Positions 1 through 14,630 are shown, numbered from the stretch's first letter. The stretch is 64,000 bases of DNA from Geosiphon pyriformis uo1 (GCA_016748015.1 JAAOMT010000761.1:252139-316138); one strand, 5' to 3'. Program-made: numbers and translations. Notes: generated from the sequence alone by a model not told the origin.

Positions 1-2388
1 AGTTCCATAGTTTGTAATAAAATGGTTTTCTTTCTGCTTATAGGATCTATTTTTACTTGTTAAAATCTAACAGTTAAATTAATTGTTGTAAAATAGACTG
101 AATTTTCAAATTAATCAAAAGTATTGTTAACTTTTAAAAATAATACATATCTCATTTGATAATCATATTTAATTAACAATAATCAATACAAAATTGTAGA
201 ATTCTTTTTTTTTGGATATTACTACAACAAAAAATGCTTATTTATTCTTGGTTTCTTGTATAAAGCCAAGTTTTTTCATCTAATCTATTTTTTTCTTGAC
301 AAATTCATTATTTTAGCAATTTAATTAATAAAAATTTAAATAGATAAATTAAATATTTTTAGTTTTAATCACATATTGAATAAAATTTGTTTGGTCAGAA
401 TATTTTTTTTGATATTATTGACTTATTTCGAACTAATAAATTTTTAATATCAATTTTTTAATCTTTTTTATTGATTTTCTTTTGTTTAATAGTTAATAAT
501 TAGATTTTGGATACTTTTTTTCAAATAATTTTTGTATAGCTTTGAATTTTTGTTAAAAATTAGACTAATTAATTTCGAATATTTGAACATAATTTGCATT
601 TATTACTTAAAAAATAGAAAAAATAGTTATACTAATATTAAACACAAAAATTATATTATTAATAATTATATTATACTTTTTTTTAGTTGTTGCTTAAATA
701 TTATATTAAACATATTATAGTATGACTAATAAATAAGTTTTTATAAATTATTAAAAGTTTTTATTGCTGTTAAAAGTGGTAAAAACTAATTTAGACTTTT
801 TTTTTAGAGTTTTAAAAATTATCAAATTCATTGTTTTGTTATTGTTATTATTTCAAAAAACTCTGTTTAATATTAACACGTAATTACAGTTGGTTTTGAT
901 TTACTATATATTAATTATAATTAATTGTAAATATATGATTTAAAGTTGTAATTATAGAATAATTAAGTATTATCTTAATTACAACTTATTGATTTTTCAT
1001 TTTTTACTTATATAAAATAATAATAATAATAATAACCAAAATCAATAATAATTTTTATAAATTTACAAATATATGTTTAATATATTAATATTAAGATTAT
1101 TGAGTACGTTTTTTAAAATTATAATACAATTCAAAAACACAAAACTTTTTATTTATTAAAAAAAACTGAAAATTAAAAATCTAATTAATTTAATACTTAA
1201 TGAAAAAATTATACAAATACACAAGTTTTTAGACTTTTATAATTGAGCAAAAAAAAATTGTTTAAGAATAAAGAATTAATATTAATAATTTATTTAAATA
1301 GAAGTTTTTATTTGTAATATTATTAAAAAGAAAATTTTTTTTGTATTAATTATTACTAATAGAATATAATTACAAAAAGTAATATTTATTTCATTTTTTA
1401 TATAAATAAAAATACAGTTTAATTCAAGAATATTTTATTTTTTATCATTAGTTCAACAGTAAAATTTTGCCAAATAAAATAATTTTTAAAAGTTAACAGT
1501 AATTTTATGTTCAAAAACAAATTTGTAATCAATAATATTAAAAGATTGTAAATAATAGTTTGAATATTTTCCAAGTTGATTTAAAATCATTTGTTTTAAT
1601 TGATTTTTTGATCATTAAGGAATTGTATATTATATTAAAATTTGAGCAATCATAAATGTACCATTTTTTTCTTTAACATTAAATAGATTTTCAAATTCCT
1701 TAATATATATTAATATTAATAAATAAAAATTTTTGTTGAAAAATTTACTATAACTTTTATTATTAGCGCTTTTTTATTGATTAATAATCACCTATATTCA
1801 ATTTTAATTGTTATCAATTTAACAATATGCAGATCAAACGATTATTTATACAGCATGTGAGAAAGATCACAATCACATAAAATTTTTTAAGCTTTCAACT
1901 TTCTTGGGAACGATTATCACTATTATCTCACAAAAATAGAATCATTCTCACCCCCCTTATGTCATAGTGTTATATTAAAAGTCGCAAATTTGAAATGTGG
2001 ATCGAATTCCAATCCTCCCGGCTTGGATTTAATATGAATAAACTAATTTTTACGCCCTTTTAATAGAAAATGTGAGGTGTTTTGTCTTTGGGTTGAAAGA
2101 ATCCGTTCAAAAATTAATGTAAAAATTGTGTAATAAAAAAACCCTACATATTATGGAATTTTTGGACTGACAAAGTTCAGAGAATTATTTTTTTGATTTG
2201 ATAATCCCAACCAATAAATGCGAGTTAGGATTTATCTTGATTTTTCATAAATATTTTTTTTTAAGCCACAATCCCTAAACCTCCTTTTCCCACAATCCAA
2301 AGCTCGGATTAAAACGCATATAAAAAACCTTAATAATTAAAAGCTCCATTGCAATAATCCTACTTCTATCATCATTAATTGTGGAAAT

Positions 2389-4700
2389 ATGATTAATTTC
2401 ACCAACGCTGTTTTTAATTTTGGGCCCCCGTTGCTTCTTATAACGATCCTGGCTTTGACAATTTATTATTTAAGAAAGCCAAAGTATAATTTGGTTGGTA
2501 TTAGGTCGAGCATTAAACCCTCGGATAGTTTCTTTTTTTCTAATGTTTGACCATTATTAAAATAATTTTAAAGAATGAACCACCCCTTGTCCCTTATAAA
2601 TATCCCTTAATCGGGCATACTTATGAGATTCGGGATGATTGTGAAGGCTTTTTAAGAAGATGCCGGGAAAAGGTTTATATCAGATAACCTAGATTTCTAA
2701 TTCATTATTGTTATTATTTAATACACTATATTTTTGTCTTTTTCTAGTATGGAGATATGTACAATATTTATCAATACGGCAAAGTTTATACTATCGCTGG
2801 AAAAGATTCTGCACCTGAATTGATGAAACATAAAGATGCGGACTTTCCGGGAGCCGTTGATATGGTATGCTATTCAATCTTAAAAAAATTTAAGAAATTG
2901 GTGTATTTTATAATCTTTTTTGAAACACTTATCACAATGCTGCGAAGATGTTTCCCATTATGCAACTTTTAGGTTCTACTGGTTCATCAACGCGAGAAAT
3001 TACCAAGCATCTGACAATAGAAATTACATCACTTCTCCCAAAACTTAATGAAAAGCTTCAACCCCAAATCAAAATATCAGTTGAAAAATATATTGGGCTT
3101 TCTGAAGGTTTAGTTTTTTTAACAGAATTTTCATCTTTCCTGTAATATGGCTAACTATACTTTGGTTTTTCTATCTCTCTTTTCTCTCAAAGAACCTAAG
3201 ACAATTTACTTTTTATTGAACAAAAGTCAAGAAATCCTAGCATTTGTAGCTGCATCTGTATTTTTGGGTGAGGTGAGGTGATCTTTAATCAAATTTATCA
3301 CCAGATGATTTAAATCCTTATCATCTAGGTACTTACAGTATTTCGTTGGTCAAAAATTAGGAACTCTCCAAGGACGAAGAATTATTACTCTCTTTTGCTA
3401 ATTTTTCTAAAGATGTCCGTCAAATCTTTCAAACGCCTCGAATATTGGCTTTTATTCATCCTTGGCTTCATAGACAATTATTATTGTATGTTTGAATTTG
3501 CTTTTTATAGCCTATGGGTAGTAGGTATTGAATATTTACGATTTCCTTAAACTTCTCACAGTTGGAAGATCAAACTAGGAAAAAACCCAGTAGAAAAGCA
3601 TCAAGCCGACTTAACGAAGAAACTTGTACCAATTGTTGAAAAGCGTATTAAAGAGATGAGAGAGCAGGGAGATAAATACAATCCACCGGTGAATATTTAA
3701 ATCAAAGCGGAAATTATTTCTTTATTATTATTTTTGTCTAATCTTATTATTATTTTTAAATAGCTCGATGTCATACAAATGCTGTTAGACGGTGGTTTGG
3801 TTGGTGAAAAAGAAAACATAAATTACAATCACATGGCCATACACATTTATATATTAGCTTTCTCTTCTATTTTTACGACAAGTCTCAAACTAACAAATGC
3901 AATTATAGGTAAGTCAATCTTTTATTATTATTATAATTAAGTCAAATATGTAAAAAACTATTAATATGGTTCTAAATCTGTTTAGACTATGCAGCCGAGA
4001 CTGATTATCAAAAAGAGCTATTAGAGGAACAAGATAAAATTGCTAAAGAATTTGGAACTGACGGATTTCCTGCACTCGATCAAATTGAAAAGATGGTGAA
4101 ACTTGATAGTTTTCTTAAAGAATCGATAAGATATAATGAGCATTTTCGTAAGCAGTTTCCAAATTTTATTATCCTCTTATTTTCTGACTATTTTTATAAC
4201 AAATCTTTTTCTGGTCTTTAGTTGGACTACAAAAAGCCAACATTTCTTCATCACCAATCACACTTTCAAATGGATATCAACTTCCCTCAAGTAATGTGCT
4301 ATGAAGCGTCTTGATATTTTTCAAATTTAATACTACTAACCTTGAATAATAATAATAATCTTTTTTAACTACATTTATAGAAAGAACAGTATTCATTGAC
4401 CTTTTAAGTGTCACTCAAAGTGAAGAACTTCAAGGCTCCAATCCGACTAAATTTAATCCTGTTAGATATCTCAATAAAGGCGGAACAACTACTCGAGTTG
4501 ACCGTGCCTATTTATCATTTGGACTTGGCCGAAATGCTTGTCCCGGTCGCTTTTTTGCAATGCTTCAAATCAAGAGCTTTCTTTCAATAATTATACGAAA
4601 TTTTAAGATTAGTTTTGTGGATGGTACTAAACCAAAAAAACTTAATTTTGAAGGCAATCGTATTCCTTCAAATGATGGGGTGATTTTTGAAAAAAGATAA
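2389..4700 (+). CDS. Cytochrome P450, about 11 exons
   Basis: Spliced by eye: N-terminal TM anchor (MINFTNAVFNFGPPLLLITILALTIYYL), Pro-rich hinge NEPPLVPYKYPLIGH, I-helix-like AFSSIFTTS (~3857-3883), ExxR (LDSFLKESIR), PERF-like FNPVRY, heme motif FGLGRNACPGRFFA (Cys ~4539-4541), stop TAA 4698-4700. Introns are GT..AG; internal boundaries are approximate. Confidence 0.93.
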
Positions 4701-6133
4701 GGTAAATTCTTTAAACTCCCAATTTGAGGATGTCTTCTCAATATTAGTAAATCTCTGATTCTTCTGAGATTAATATGATAGTTCCATATGACTATAATGG
4801 GGGGGGGAATATTTTCGAGATTTCAAATAAAATAGGTGAGGTAAAAAAAATGAATGATACTAAAATTGAGAAACATGTCAAAATGATAATATATTTTTTG
4901 ATCCAACTGTGACCCAAAAAGCTGGAATACTAGATAAATTATTTAATTGTATCATGAATTTTTGGTCAAATTTTGAAAGTAAGCTTACTTAATATGAATG
5001 GTAGTAGATTTGGCTTTAAAAAATATTCTTTAAAAACTGATTGACAAAATCATATAAATGTTTTATATTATACACATACTTGAAAACTTTCAATTTAAAA
5101 TTTTTAACAAGGTGTATTAGCCTTGTTTGGTAGCTTATTGAACACATACCATTCATCAAATGGTCAATATTTAAAATCAAAGTGTAAAAACAGGCACACA
5201 ATTTAAATGTCTACAAAATCTATTAAGAAATTGAACCATATTTAAATTTTAAAAGATATTTCCACAATAAAAAATTAGGAAAAAGGATATAATTATCGAT
5301 TACATTTACTTGAATTCTCAAGTCGTTTAATAAAATACTATTAATCAAAAAAGCGTACAATAACGTAGAGTGTTAGTTTAAATTGGATGATAAAAATATT
5401 TTACAGTAAATTTAAATACTCTTTCCCTCAATTTTATAAAATTTAATTGATGATAATTTAGAGTATTTCCTAAATTAGAGTCAGCCAGAAAATGAAATAA
5501 TAAACGAATAAACATTTAAAATGTTTTATGGTTTTTTTTATAAATGATACTTGATATGTTCTAATATATATTCTTTTGACCTTGAAGTTTTTATAATCAA
5601 TTTGTTAAAGATCTTTATACATAAAAAAAAAAAGGTTTTCTTAAAATTGACAGTTTATTAAAGTTAACTTTTATTTAAATTAATTTCAAAATTTTTTGAA
5701 AGGTTTTTAATTGCTTGTTACTTATATAATTTTTTTATTATAAGAAATATTTAAATAAAAAAAGATTTTACTTTATTATAAGATCATTATAACTTTAAAA
5801 CTTTAGCATTAAATTTTTAATATAAAGGTTTTCAAAATTACTTGAAATTTTAAAATAATATATATATGCATAATGATTTAATAAATTTATTGGGAAAATG
5901 ATTTTTTATTTATTATTAAGATATAATCTTTAAAAATAATATTTTTATCCCTAGAAATTGAAAAGATCAATTGAAACTCAACTGACTTGATTGAGAATAA
6001 AAATAGTCTTGTATAAAATTTGAAACCAGATTCTATTAAATTAATTTTTAAAAAATTTAATCTAGCATCTAATATTTTCCAGTTTACATAATTTTTTTTA
6101 AATAAGAAACTATTTAAAAAGATGAAATGCTAT

Positions 6134-7647
6134 CTACTTGATCCATGGTGGTAAGTCACTAGACCGAATACCAATTTTAATGCCAAAATATGGTCCATTA
6201 TTAAGCAAAAATTGGAAAGGCTTTGCTCCTCGAGAACATTCCTATAAAAGAAAAGCGATAAAAATGAACAATTAATCTTCTTTAAAGAGAAAAAAAGTTA
6301 TATTTGATGAATCAAAAAATAAGCACAAACCTCGCTTTCATCTAGAAAATCCCCGTCTGAATAATATTTTCCTCCTCCATGGCATTGATAAACAATTTCA
6401 TCGTCAGCCAAAGCATCATTCATACATTCACAATTATCAGAAGCAATCCAATATTCCATAACAGGATGAAGATATTTCTCTTTTTGTGATATAGATTCAT
6501 AATTTGGTAGATTTACGACGATATCATTTTTGTAAGTAACTCGGATTTTTAGAAACATGGCTGTGTTCAGAGCTCGAGCAAATTGCCGATTGCCTATTCT
6601 TGGCTGTCCATAAGTAAACAGCTGTAGGGAAATGTCTTGTCTACTTTTAAGGAGATAAAAGTCCAAAGCAGCAAATGTTGCATACACTGCTAGTTCAAAA
6701 TTATTGTAAAAAATTAATTTGAATTTTCAAAAAAAGCATTTTGAAATTAGGAATATAAAAACTTACCAGCACCCATGCCATGTCCCACAAAAGTTATTTC
6801 AGAGACAGCTGTCTCTGGGTTTTCTATCATTTTATCAAGGATATCGGAAAAACGAAAATCGGCTTTCTTGAATTGATGCCAAAATTTTTTGTTCACTTTT
6901 GCATTTTCATATAACGGGTAGTCAACCATTTTTCCAGAAAATGCGGTCATCCATTCAGTTGGTAATAAGAGTGAGCCACGGAAGTAGATAACTAGTTCAT
7001 TAGGACCCCCGATTACACTCGAAGCTAAATAAGGAAATATTATTTAGAATAAACTGAATATGTTGTTTGAATAAAAACTCGAAACTCAAAAATTTTCATT
7101 TTTTTTTTGAGCAAATGATTATATATTAATATTTCACATATATATATATATATATACCGTACCTACCTACCTACCTACCTACCTACCTACCTACCTACCT
7201 ACCTACCTATCTACCTATCTACCTACCTATCTACCTACCTACCTACTTACTTACTTACTTACTTACTTACTTATTTAATTAATTTACTTACTTACTTGCT
7301 TACTTACCTAATACTTTATCTTCCAGGGAGTAAGCCAAGTTAGCATACCAGGCATATTTTTTCAAAAACTGTTTTCCTTTGTAAGGTACAATTTCTTTTA
7401 AAGGAGGGATTACATTTAGTTCCACTCTTTTAAAAAAAGAATTTAAAGCTGAGCTCGTGTTGTTTTTTTCGAAAAATTGACCATTTTTTATGATTGCAGA
7501 GGTTGAGATTTGTTGATTCGTATTATTTTGAATGATATCACTAAAGTTATAATATCTTGAAAAAAGATGTAAAAGAAAGTAGAAAATTGTGAACAAAAAA
7601 ATTAATGTGGTATCTAAACATTTTATTGAGTTACCCAATCTTTTCAT
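6134..7647 (-). CDS. Class 3 lipase-like (alpha/beta hydrolase) protein, 4 exons, N-terminal TM/signal anchor, probably catalytically inactive
   Basis: Spliced motifs: YAWYANLAY, VIYFRGS, VGHGMGAVYATFAALD (GHSLGG equivalent), LFTYGQPRIGN, RVTYKNDIVVNLP, YLHPVMEYWI, C-terminal ECSR...NNGPYFG, stop TAG at 6134-6136. Confidence 0.88.
7160..7275. repeat. Compound (CCTA)n/(CTTA)n tetranucleotide microsatellite in lipase intron 1
   Basis: Directly visible tandem repeats. Confidence 0.9.
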
Positions 7648-9742
7648 TGTAATTTGAAATAAAAAGAGAATTTCGATTTTCTTCGAAATGATCAGTTAAA
7701 ATATAATAATTAGTAGATAAAAATACACGTGATGAAAATGATCATTTTCAAAAAGTTTTTTCCCTGACTAAAAAATATTTAATAAATGTTTTTAATTTCG
7801 GCAATTTTTATTAGCCTCCCCAATTTTGATAAATACATTTTTATTCCCGATATCTGTAAGTTTCATAATCAACTTATCTCCTGGATAAACCAAAGTAAAG
7901 ATAAAAATTTTAAGTTAAAATTTGTATTCTAAATAAGATAACAATATTTAAGTAACATTGTTTAATTTCATCCAGTATACTGGACAATAATTTTTTTGTT
8001 TTGTTTTGAATGAGGACCTAAAAATCTGGGGAATTAATCAAAAATAAATAGGTCAAATATTCAAAGAGCTACATTTCATTAATAAAAAGATAGCTATTTA
8101 ATATTTTTTCAATATACTGATTACGCAATAACTCGACAAACATAGAGACTTGCGATGGTTTTATATTGTGAATAGACTTTATGATATTCATTCTGCTTGA
8201 ATAGAATATATTACAAAAATAGAGTATATTATTATTATGATTATTTGGCAAAAATTTTGTTGCCTCGGGTTATGTTAATCTTTGAAACAAAAAAATAGCA
8301 ACGGAAAAAAGAATTTTTAGATCATTTCATCAGAAATCTTTTGAGTTCATTTTGTTGGTAAAGATGATTATGGCCAAGCAATTTTAATTATTTACATGTG
8401 GATCATCCATGAGAATCAGAAGAATATTTTTGGGTCTTTGCAATAATATTAAGTTGGGTCATCTAGATGATGATAATCAATGTATCTTTAATTGTTTAAC
8501 CCCCATGTGAAATGCCCATCTTAAAGAATATAAAAAGCATTTTCCACATTAAAAAATTCATAAAGTTTCATTATATCTTGTGATAAATATGAACTCATTC
8601 TTATAACAAACTTTTGATATTCAATGAAACACACAAACAAAGGCCTTTAAATGAGACATAAGAAAATATAAAAGCATTCAATGTGTTGACACATTAAAAA
8701 GAACAAACTTTTTTTACCTCGATTCATGAAATGCCACTTTCATCATCATCATCATCATCATTATCAAGGATATGTTATGAATTTTTCCTGGGTTCCCTCC
8801 ATTTCTTACCTCATAATACCTAAATTAAATTCGAGTCTTAAAGGATGTCAAAAATGATGTAATAGAAAAGAAAGAAAGACATAAACTAGAAATGTAATGA
8901 TGATGATGATAATGATGATGATGAAATTGATGATGATGATAATGATGATGATGAAATTGATGATGATATATTAATAAATGTAAGAATGATGTAATTTAAT
9001 GTATTGATAAGGATGACAAAAGGTGATCAAAATTATAACAGTAAATTTTTTTTATATGAATTAATAATCAAATTAAGGATGGTCGAAGTTTTTCAAATTA
9101 ATTAAAAAATCTATTATCAATTTTTTTAACTAATATGAATTACGTTAAATCATATTTTAAAATATGATTTTTTCAAGTTTAAAAAACTAGTTCATTTTTC
9201 AAAAAATTTATATATTATAATTCGATTTTTAATAAATAAATTAGAGAGCATTTAATGCTCTTAAAATAAAATATTGGTTGAAAACATTTTAGATAATTTT
9301 CTATTTTTAAATAGGTTTGAAAATACTGTATACTGTATAATGGGAAAAAAAAATTATTATCCTAACTTAGATTAAATAAATTATATTCAAATTAAAGATA
9401 TAAGAATTATTACATTATAACAAATGTTTTTTAAGTTCATGTTTTAAAATGTTAATTATTATAAAAAGTCTTTTGCTCGATTTCAGGACTGTTAAATTAT
9501 ATCAAATGCAATTACAAGAATAGAATCATTTTGGTAACTTAGTATAAATCATTGATTGATTGATTACATTAGAAAAAAATTCATTTGTTTGACCAATTCC
9601 TCTAAAAAGTTCCCCTCTTTCTTTCAGATATCTAGAATCAAGTATCGAAATATTTCATTTTTAAGGTTTTGCAAAAAAATTAAAGGCTAAAAATTCTAAA
9701 AGAAAAGAACCGCTTCCTTTTTAAATTTTGCATGAAATTTAT

Positions 9743-9804
9743 TCATTCCCTATTTAGCACCTAGTCAGTTAATCAGTAAGTCAGTCAGCTAATCAGTAAG
9801 TCAG

Positions 9805-9855
<51 letters not shown>

Positions 9856-10195
9856 GTTTCCGAGAACAAAGTTATATTTGTAAATTTACAAAAACAACAA
9901 TGACAGGTAAACAATGCAGTTGTGTTCATGCTTACTTTTTTTTTGTGTTGCATCTCTCAAAGTTTATTTTTAAGTCTGTGCTTATCCTTTTTAGCCTTTG
10001 CATGATTGTTTTTCCTTGGCTCCTTCTCGATTTAATCTCTTTCCATTGGGTTGACATTTGGTTTTGTGAAACCTCGTGAGCTAATCTTAAAAAATTTCCA
10101 AACATTTCTTGTATCTGTATAAACATGCATTGTATTCTTGTGAAAGGTATCTTGCACAAAAAAAGAGTTGTGCTTATTGGAAAATTTATGGTCAT
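9743..10195 (-). CDS. Possible small hypothetical protein (~88 aa, MTINFPISTT...RCNTKKKE), 2 exons
   Basis: Open frame of raised GC ending at a GTAAGC donor (9930-9935), with an intron containing CTGAC-like repeats and a TAG acceptor near 9750. No recognisable domain. Confidence 0.3.
9806..9855. repeat. (AATC)n microsatellite
   Basis: Directly visible. Confidence 0.9.
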
Positions 10196-10915
10196 TTTTT
10201 TTCTTTTTCTTTTTCTTTTTTTGAACAATAAAAAGGGATCAGGTGTTTATTATTATTTTTTTTTTCTACTGTAAAAAGGTCTGGATCAATAGCAGCAGCG
10301 ATAAACACGACAGCATGTAAAGAATTAGGAATCATAATTTTTATTTTATATTCTTTTATATACTTTATTATTTGTTTATTTATTTATTTATTTATTTATT
10401 TATTCAAGTTATGCTAAATGCTAAATTCTCAAATATTTTTGACAATGGTGTGATGGAGGTATGGTTCGCACAAAGAAATGTCAATTTCATTGACTTTGCA
10501 TCTTTTTACTGCACGGATTTGCTTTTATTCAAAGAGCTCACTGATAGCGTAATTGATGCATAAAAAATGTCACTGCTTAAATTTAAAAGATGTAAATCAT
10601 CATTGATTGAAGGAAGGATGCGTAGGATTTTCTAAATTGTAGGACTGACACCAAAAATAACGAAAATCTTTTAGAGAACTTACTTTTTTGTAAAAAAAAA
10701 AAAACAATGCATCTTCTTTCATCGGTTATGAATTACATAATGCAATCTTTTGACATGAAAGTTCAAACGGAATATTCGGAGTTGAACCTTTTATTTTTCC
10801 GAGGTTACTTTTTTTTTTTTTTTGGATCAAAGATCTTATTACCCTTTAAAAATTCAAACAATGCAATTTCTAATTCAGAGTGAATCTTGAAACAACTGCA
10901 CGATAATGCCGATAG

Positions 10916-10916
<1 letters not shown>

Positions 10917-10979
<63 letters not shown>
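10917..10979. repeat. (ATT)n microsatellite; similar tracts at ~12113-12163, 14440-14501, 16978-17021, 19194-19249, 20527-20594, 28964-28999
   Basis: Directly visible; these tracts cause the poly-I/poly-L artefact ORFs. Confidence 0.9.
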
Positions 10980-10981
<2 letters not shown>

Positions 10982-11777
10982 TAATGTAAAAATATTCTAA
11001 ACAAAATTTTACAATTTTTATAAAGATGTCGCCTAAGTGAATGAGGAAATAAACACTTGACAAAACTACGAAAAGGAGTTAGTGGTTTCATGACCACCAC
11101 CACATCACCACCACCTTATTCCCATTTTGCGACGATGCTGAACTTAAAAATTTGATGATTTTATAAGATCAGATAAGCATAATATTTTTTTGATATCCTC
11201 ACGAAAAGCTGCATATTTTTAACAAGTTAATGCAAATCATTTCTTATAAGTATGTCTCATCTCATATGTACAAATAAATAAACTCATATGCACAGAAATG
11301 ATGCCATGCATTGTAAAAAAATATTCCCAAAGAAAAATAAGGGTTGACTGAAATACATTAATGATAATTATAAATTATTTTGTTTTTTAGCTTGCTCAAT
11401 AATGGAAATGATTTTTTTAACACCCGAATTATAAGTAGCAATTTAAAAACTCTGCGATTTACCCTTCCAACGTTTGATTTCCAATTATACATTCCTTTTT
11501 TTTTCTTTTGACTTTTTGTCATTTTTCCTTTTCATCATCATTATCATCATCATCATCATCATCGTCATCATCATCATCATCATCATCATTAAATCGAACG
11601 GGATATAAAAAACATTTAATAGTGAATTTTTCGTTGAATCATCCAATTCCGAAAATTCCCTTCTCCTTTTATCAAAAAATAAGGCCTTAATCAGAATAAA
11701 TTTTTTTCAAAATTCATCTTCTTTATTCAAACAACCACTTTATGATTTTTTTTTAAAAAAGTTGAATAAATCGAAAA

Positions 11778-12110
11778 ATGAGTAGTTCTAATGATGTAAC
11801 CAAGGACAGCATTTATAGTAATGGCGGAGATAATCTTGAAAATTTTATTGGGATGGTTTTAATTGGCGCTAGTATCACTCTCACCGCGAATTCAGCATTA
11901 AGGATGGCGGTGTTACGAACCAGCGGCTCAAAAATGTTTCTTTTTCCAATTGTGAATGTCGCAATGCTGATTAATGAATTTGCAATGATTTTGATGATAA
12001 TTTCCACGACAAGATTACTCAATAAAGACTGGTACAATTGGAATTCATTCATTAATAATGTCACATACTTTATTTGCAAGCCAACTCTTTTGTACCTTGC
12101 GTAAGTATTT

Positions 12111-12163
<53 letters not shown>

Positions 12164-12913
12164 TTTTATAATTTTCATAAATTCTTTTTGATTTATATAA
12201 TTGTTCTAAAAAAAAAAATTTTTTTTTTTTATTCTTTTATTTAATTCATTTTTAGCTTTCTACGATGTCGTGCAGTCTATGAACCATATCGAAGATATCG
12301 TTGGATACATTTCATAATTATTGCAATCCGTGCCATTCAATTATTAATTATAGTTATCGTAAATTTTTATGATATCGAAAAATGTGGTGGATCTTTCCCG
12401 GGAACTGCCTGCGAGTCATATTACATAGTTTTCAAATTACGAGATGCTTTGGCACCTTTTTTTCGATTTTATTATCTCACCTCTGAATTAGTTTTTTACT
12501 TCAAATTATTTGGTACACTTAAAAAAATTCATTCTTCCGAATCACCAAATAATCAAGTTTTGCATTATCGCACTTATCAAACAATTTTATTCTCTCTCGA
12601 TCTAACTATTTTAGTGGCAATGAGTGTTTATAGACTATTAGCCTTCGCACCAGTCACCCTACCAACCTATTATTATGCTGAATTATTTAGCTCCGCCTTA
12701 ACTGTCTTTGTCATAACTGAATTCGGTCTTACAATTCCAGAACTTTTCAAATCTTCCACCGGTACAAATGGAAGCATAATTCCAACTTATAACGCTCACA
12801 TTTCAAGTTGGCAAAATCCAAATCGAGATTCGACTCCATTAAATTTAACAAATAAGAAAAAAACAACCCTTAGAAAAAATTTAAAAATTCCTCAAACACC
12901 ACAAAATGTTCAC

Positions 12914-12949
<36 letters not shown>

Positions 12950-13111
12950 CCAGTAAAGCGACAAAGCTCCTTGGATAGAAATCATTCCTTATTCGGCCAT
13001 AATATTCGAATGACAAAACGTGATTTGATTTCAAGAGAACGTGGAAATTCCAAAGAAAATGATTTTATCAATCATGTTCCTTTGAGAATGTCAAAATTCT
13101 CGAACTTTTAA
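11778..13111 (+). CDS. Orphan seven-transmembrane (GPCR-like) protein, ~392 aa, 2 exons (11778-12100, 12256-13111)
   Basis: A GTAAGT...TTTAG intron joins the two ORFs in frame. About seven hydrophobic segments, LAFLRC at the end of TM3, a Cys pair CGGSFPGTAC in the loop after TM4, and a Ser/Thr-rich basic C-terminal tail. Confidence 0.8.
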
Positions 13112-13619
13112 AAAAAAGACAATGATTTATCAAAATATTTTTAATTGATCATCTTCTAGATCAAATAGCCTGTAATTTTTTTGATACTTTCCCAAGAGAC
13201 ATGATATAATTATTTTTCCATTTTCGCAAATCTCATTATTCCTGAAGCTAATTGATCGCTTACATTTATTTTTCTCACAATGGGTTGTTATTAGAAAAAA
13301 CCGTTAAAAAAAAAATTATATTTATTTTCCTCGCCCTTCCTTTTTTTTTTTCTTTTTGAACTTTTAAACAAGGCCAATAAAATTTTATCATACAAACGTC
13401 ATTTTCTTTTCGCACTTTATTAAAAAAAAAAAGATCAAAGACTCGTACAATACACACACACAAGTTTCAATTCGTTTTCACACAAACCTAATTTATGCCT
13501 ATAAGTCAAATTGAAATTCTTTTTATGGTTGAAAAAAAAAAAATTTTTTTTTCCTTTCAAAAAACTCCTTATTACTCAAATCTATTTATAAATATTATTA
13601 AAAAATTCTTTTTGAATTA

Positions 13620-13680
13620 TACATACATACATACATAAATACATACATACATACATACATACATACATACATACATAAAT
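13620..13680. repeat. (ACAT)n microsatellite
   Basis: Directly visible. Confidence 0.85.
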
Positions 13681-14439
13681 AAATATATAAAGACATACAT
13701 ACATAAAATACTTATTTTTTACATACATTCTTTTATACTTTACATATACATTCACATTAAAATATATACCCTAAAAACCGTTTAAACTTTATTTTATTGC
13801 TTTTTTTTTTTTTACTATGATATTTTATTTTCGTTAACGTGATTTTTTTTCAGATCAGATTTGTATTCTTTTTCGTTTTTCAAAGATTTTTTTTTTTGGC
13901 AATATTTAATATGTTTTTTAAATTATAACCGTATCTTGCATTTCATCAAAGATTTCGCGATGCGATGCGATGCGACGCGACGATAATACCTAAAATATAT
14001 ATTTCGTGATCAATTTATCGTTCTTTTGCCCTTATTTTTAATCGAAAAATCAAAAAAAAAAATTTATTATTATTATTTTCAATATTATTTTCATTATTAT
14101 TATTATAATTTTTTGTACCCTTTTTCTGAATCAAATTAAGGAAAAAAAGGTGGTTCAATTATTCATTAATTTATTTTTTCCTAGCCAATGGTACAAATAC
14201 ACATAAAATAAAATAATATAATATAAAATAATATAATTCATTTTTATTGAACGTATTTATTAGATTATGCAATAAACCCTTCCCCTACCCTCCTCCTACC
14301 CTCCGTTATTACGTTCAGATAAGTTTTCAAGAAGCTAGCAAGTTCAAATTCTTAAATATTTAGCAATCTAAGACACTATGAAGATTTTTGATGGGCAAAA
14401 TGAAAATAAAATATATATATTTTTGAATTATTGATATTA

Positions 14440-14501
<62 letters not shown>

Positions 14502-14630
14502 CAATTGGGAATTCGAAAACAAATAAATTATGTATATTAAAAAAAAAAATTTTTGAATTTATATTAGCCACAAATTTGGTTTTGATTTTGATTTTGATTT
14601 TGATTTTTACAGGCAAAAGGCACTCACTTT

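Noticed and set aside
1-1800. Extremely AT-rich tract with a 62-aa ORF (similar tracts at ~25.0-25.8, 31.0-31.9, 39.8-41.2 kb)
   Set aside because: Low-complexity, probably decayed repeat DNA; no supportable feature.
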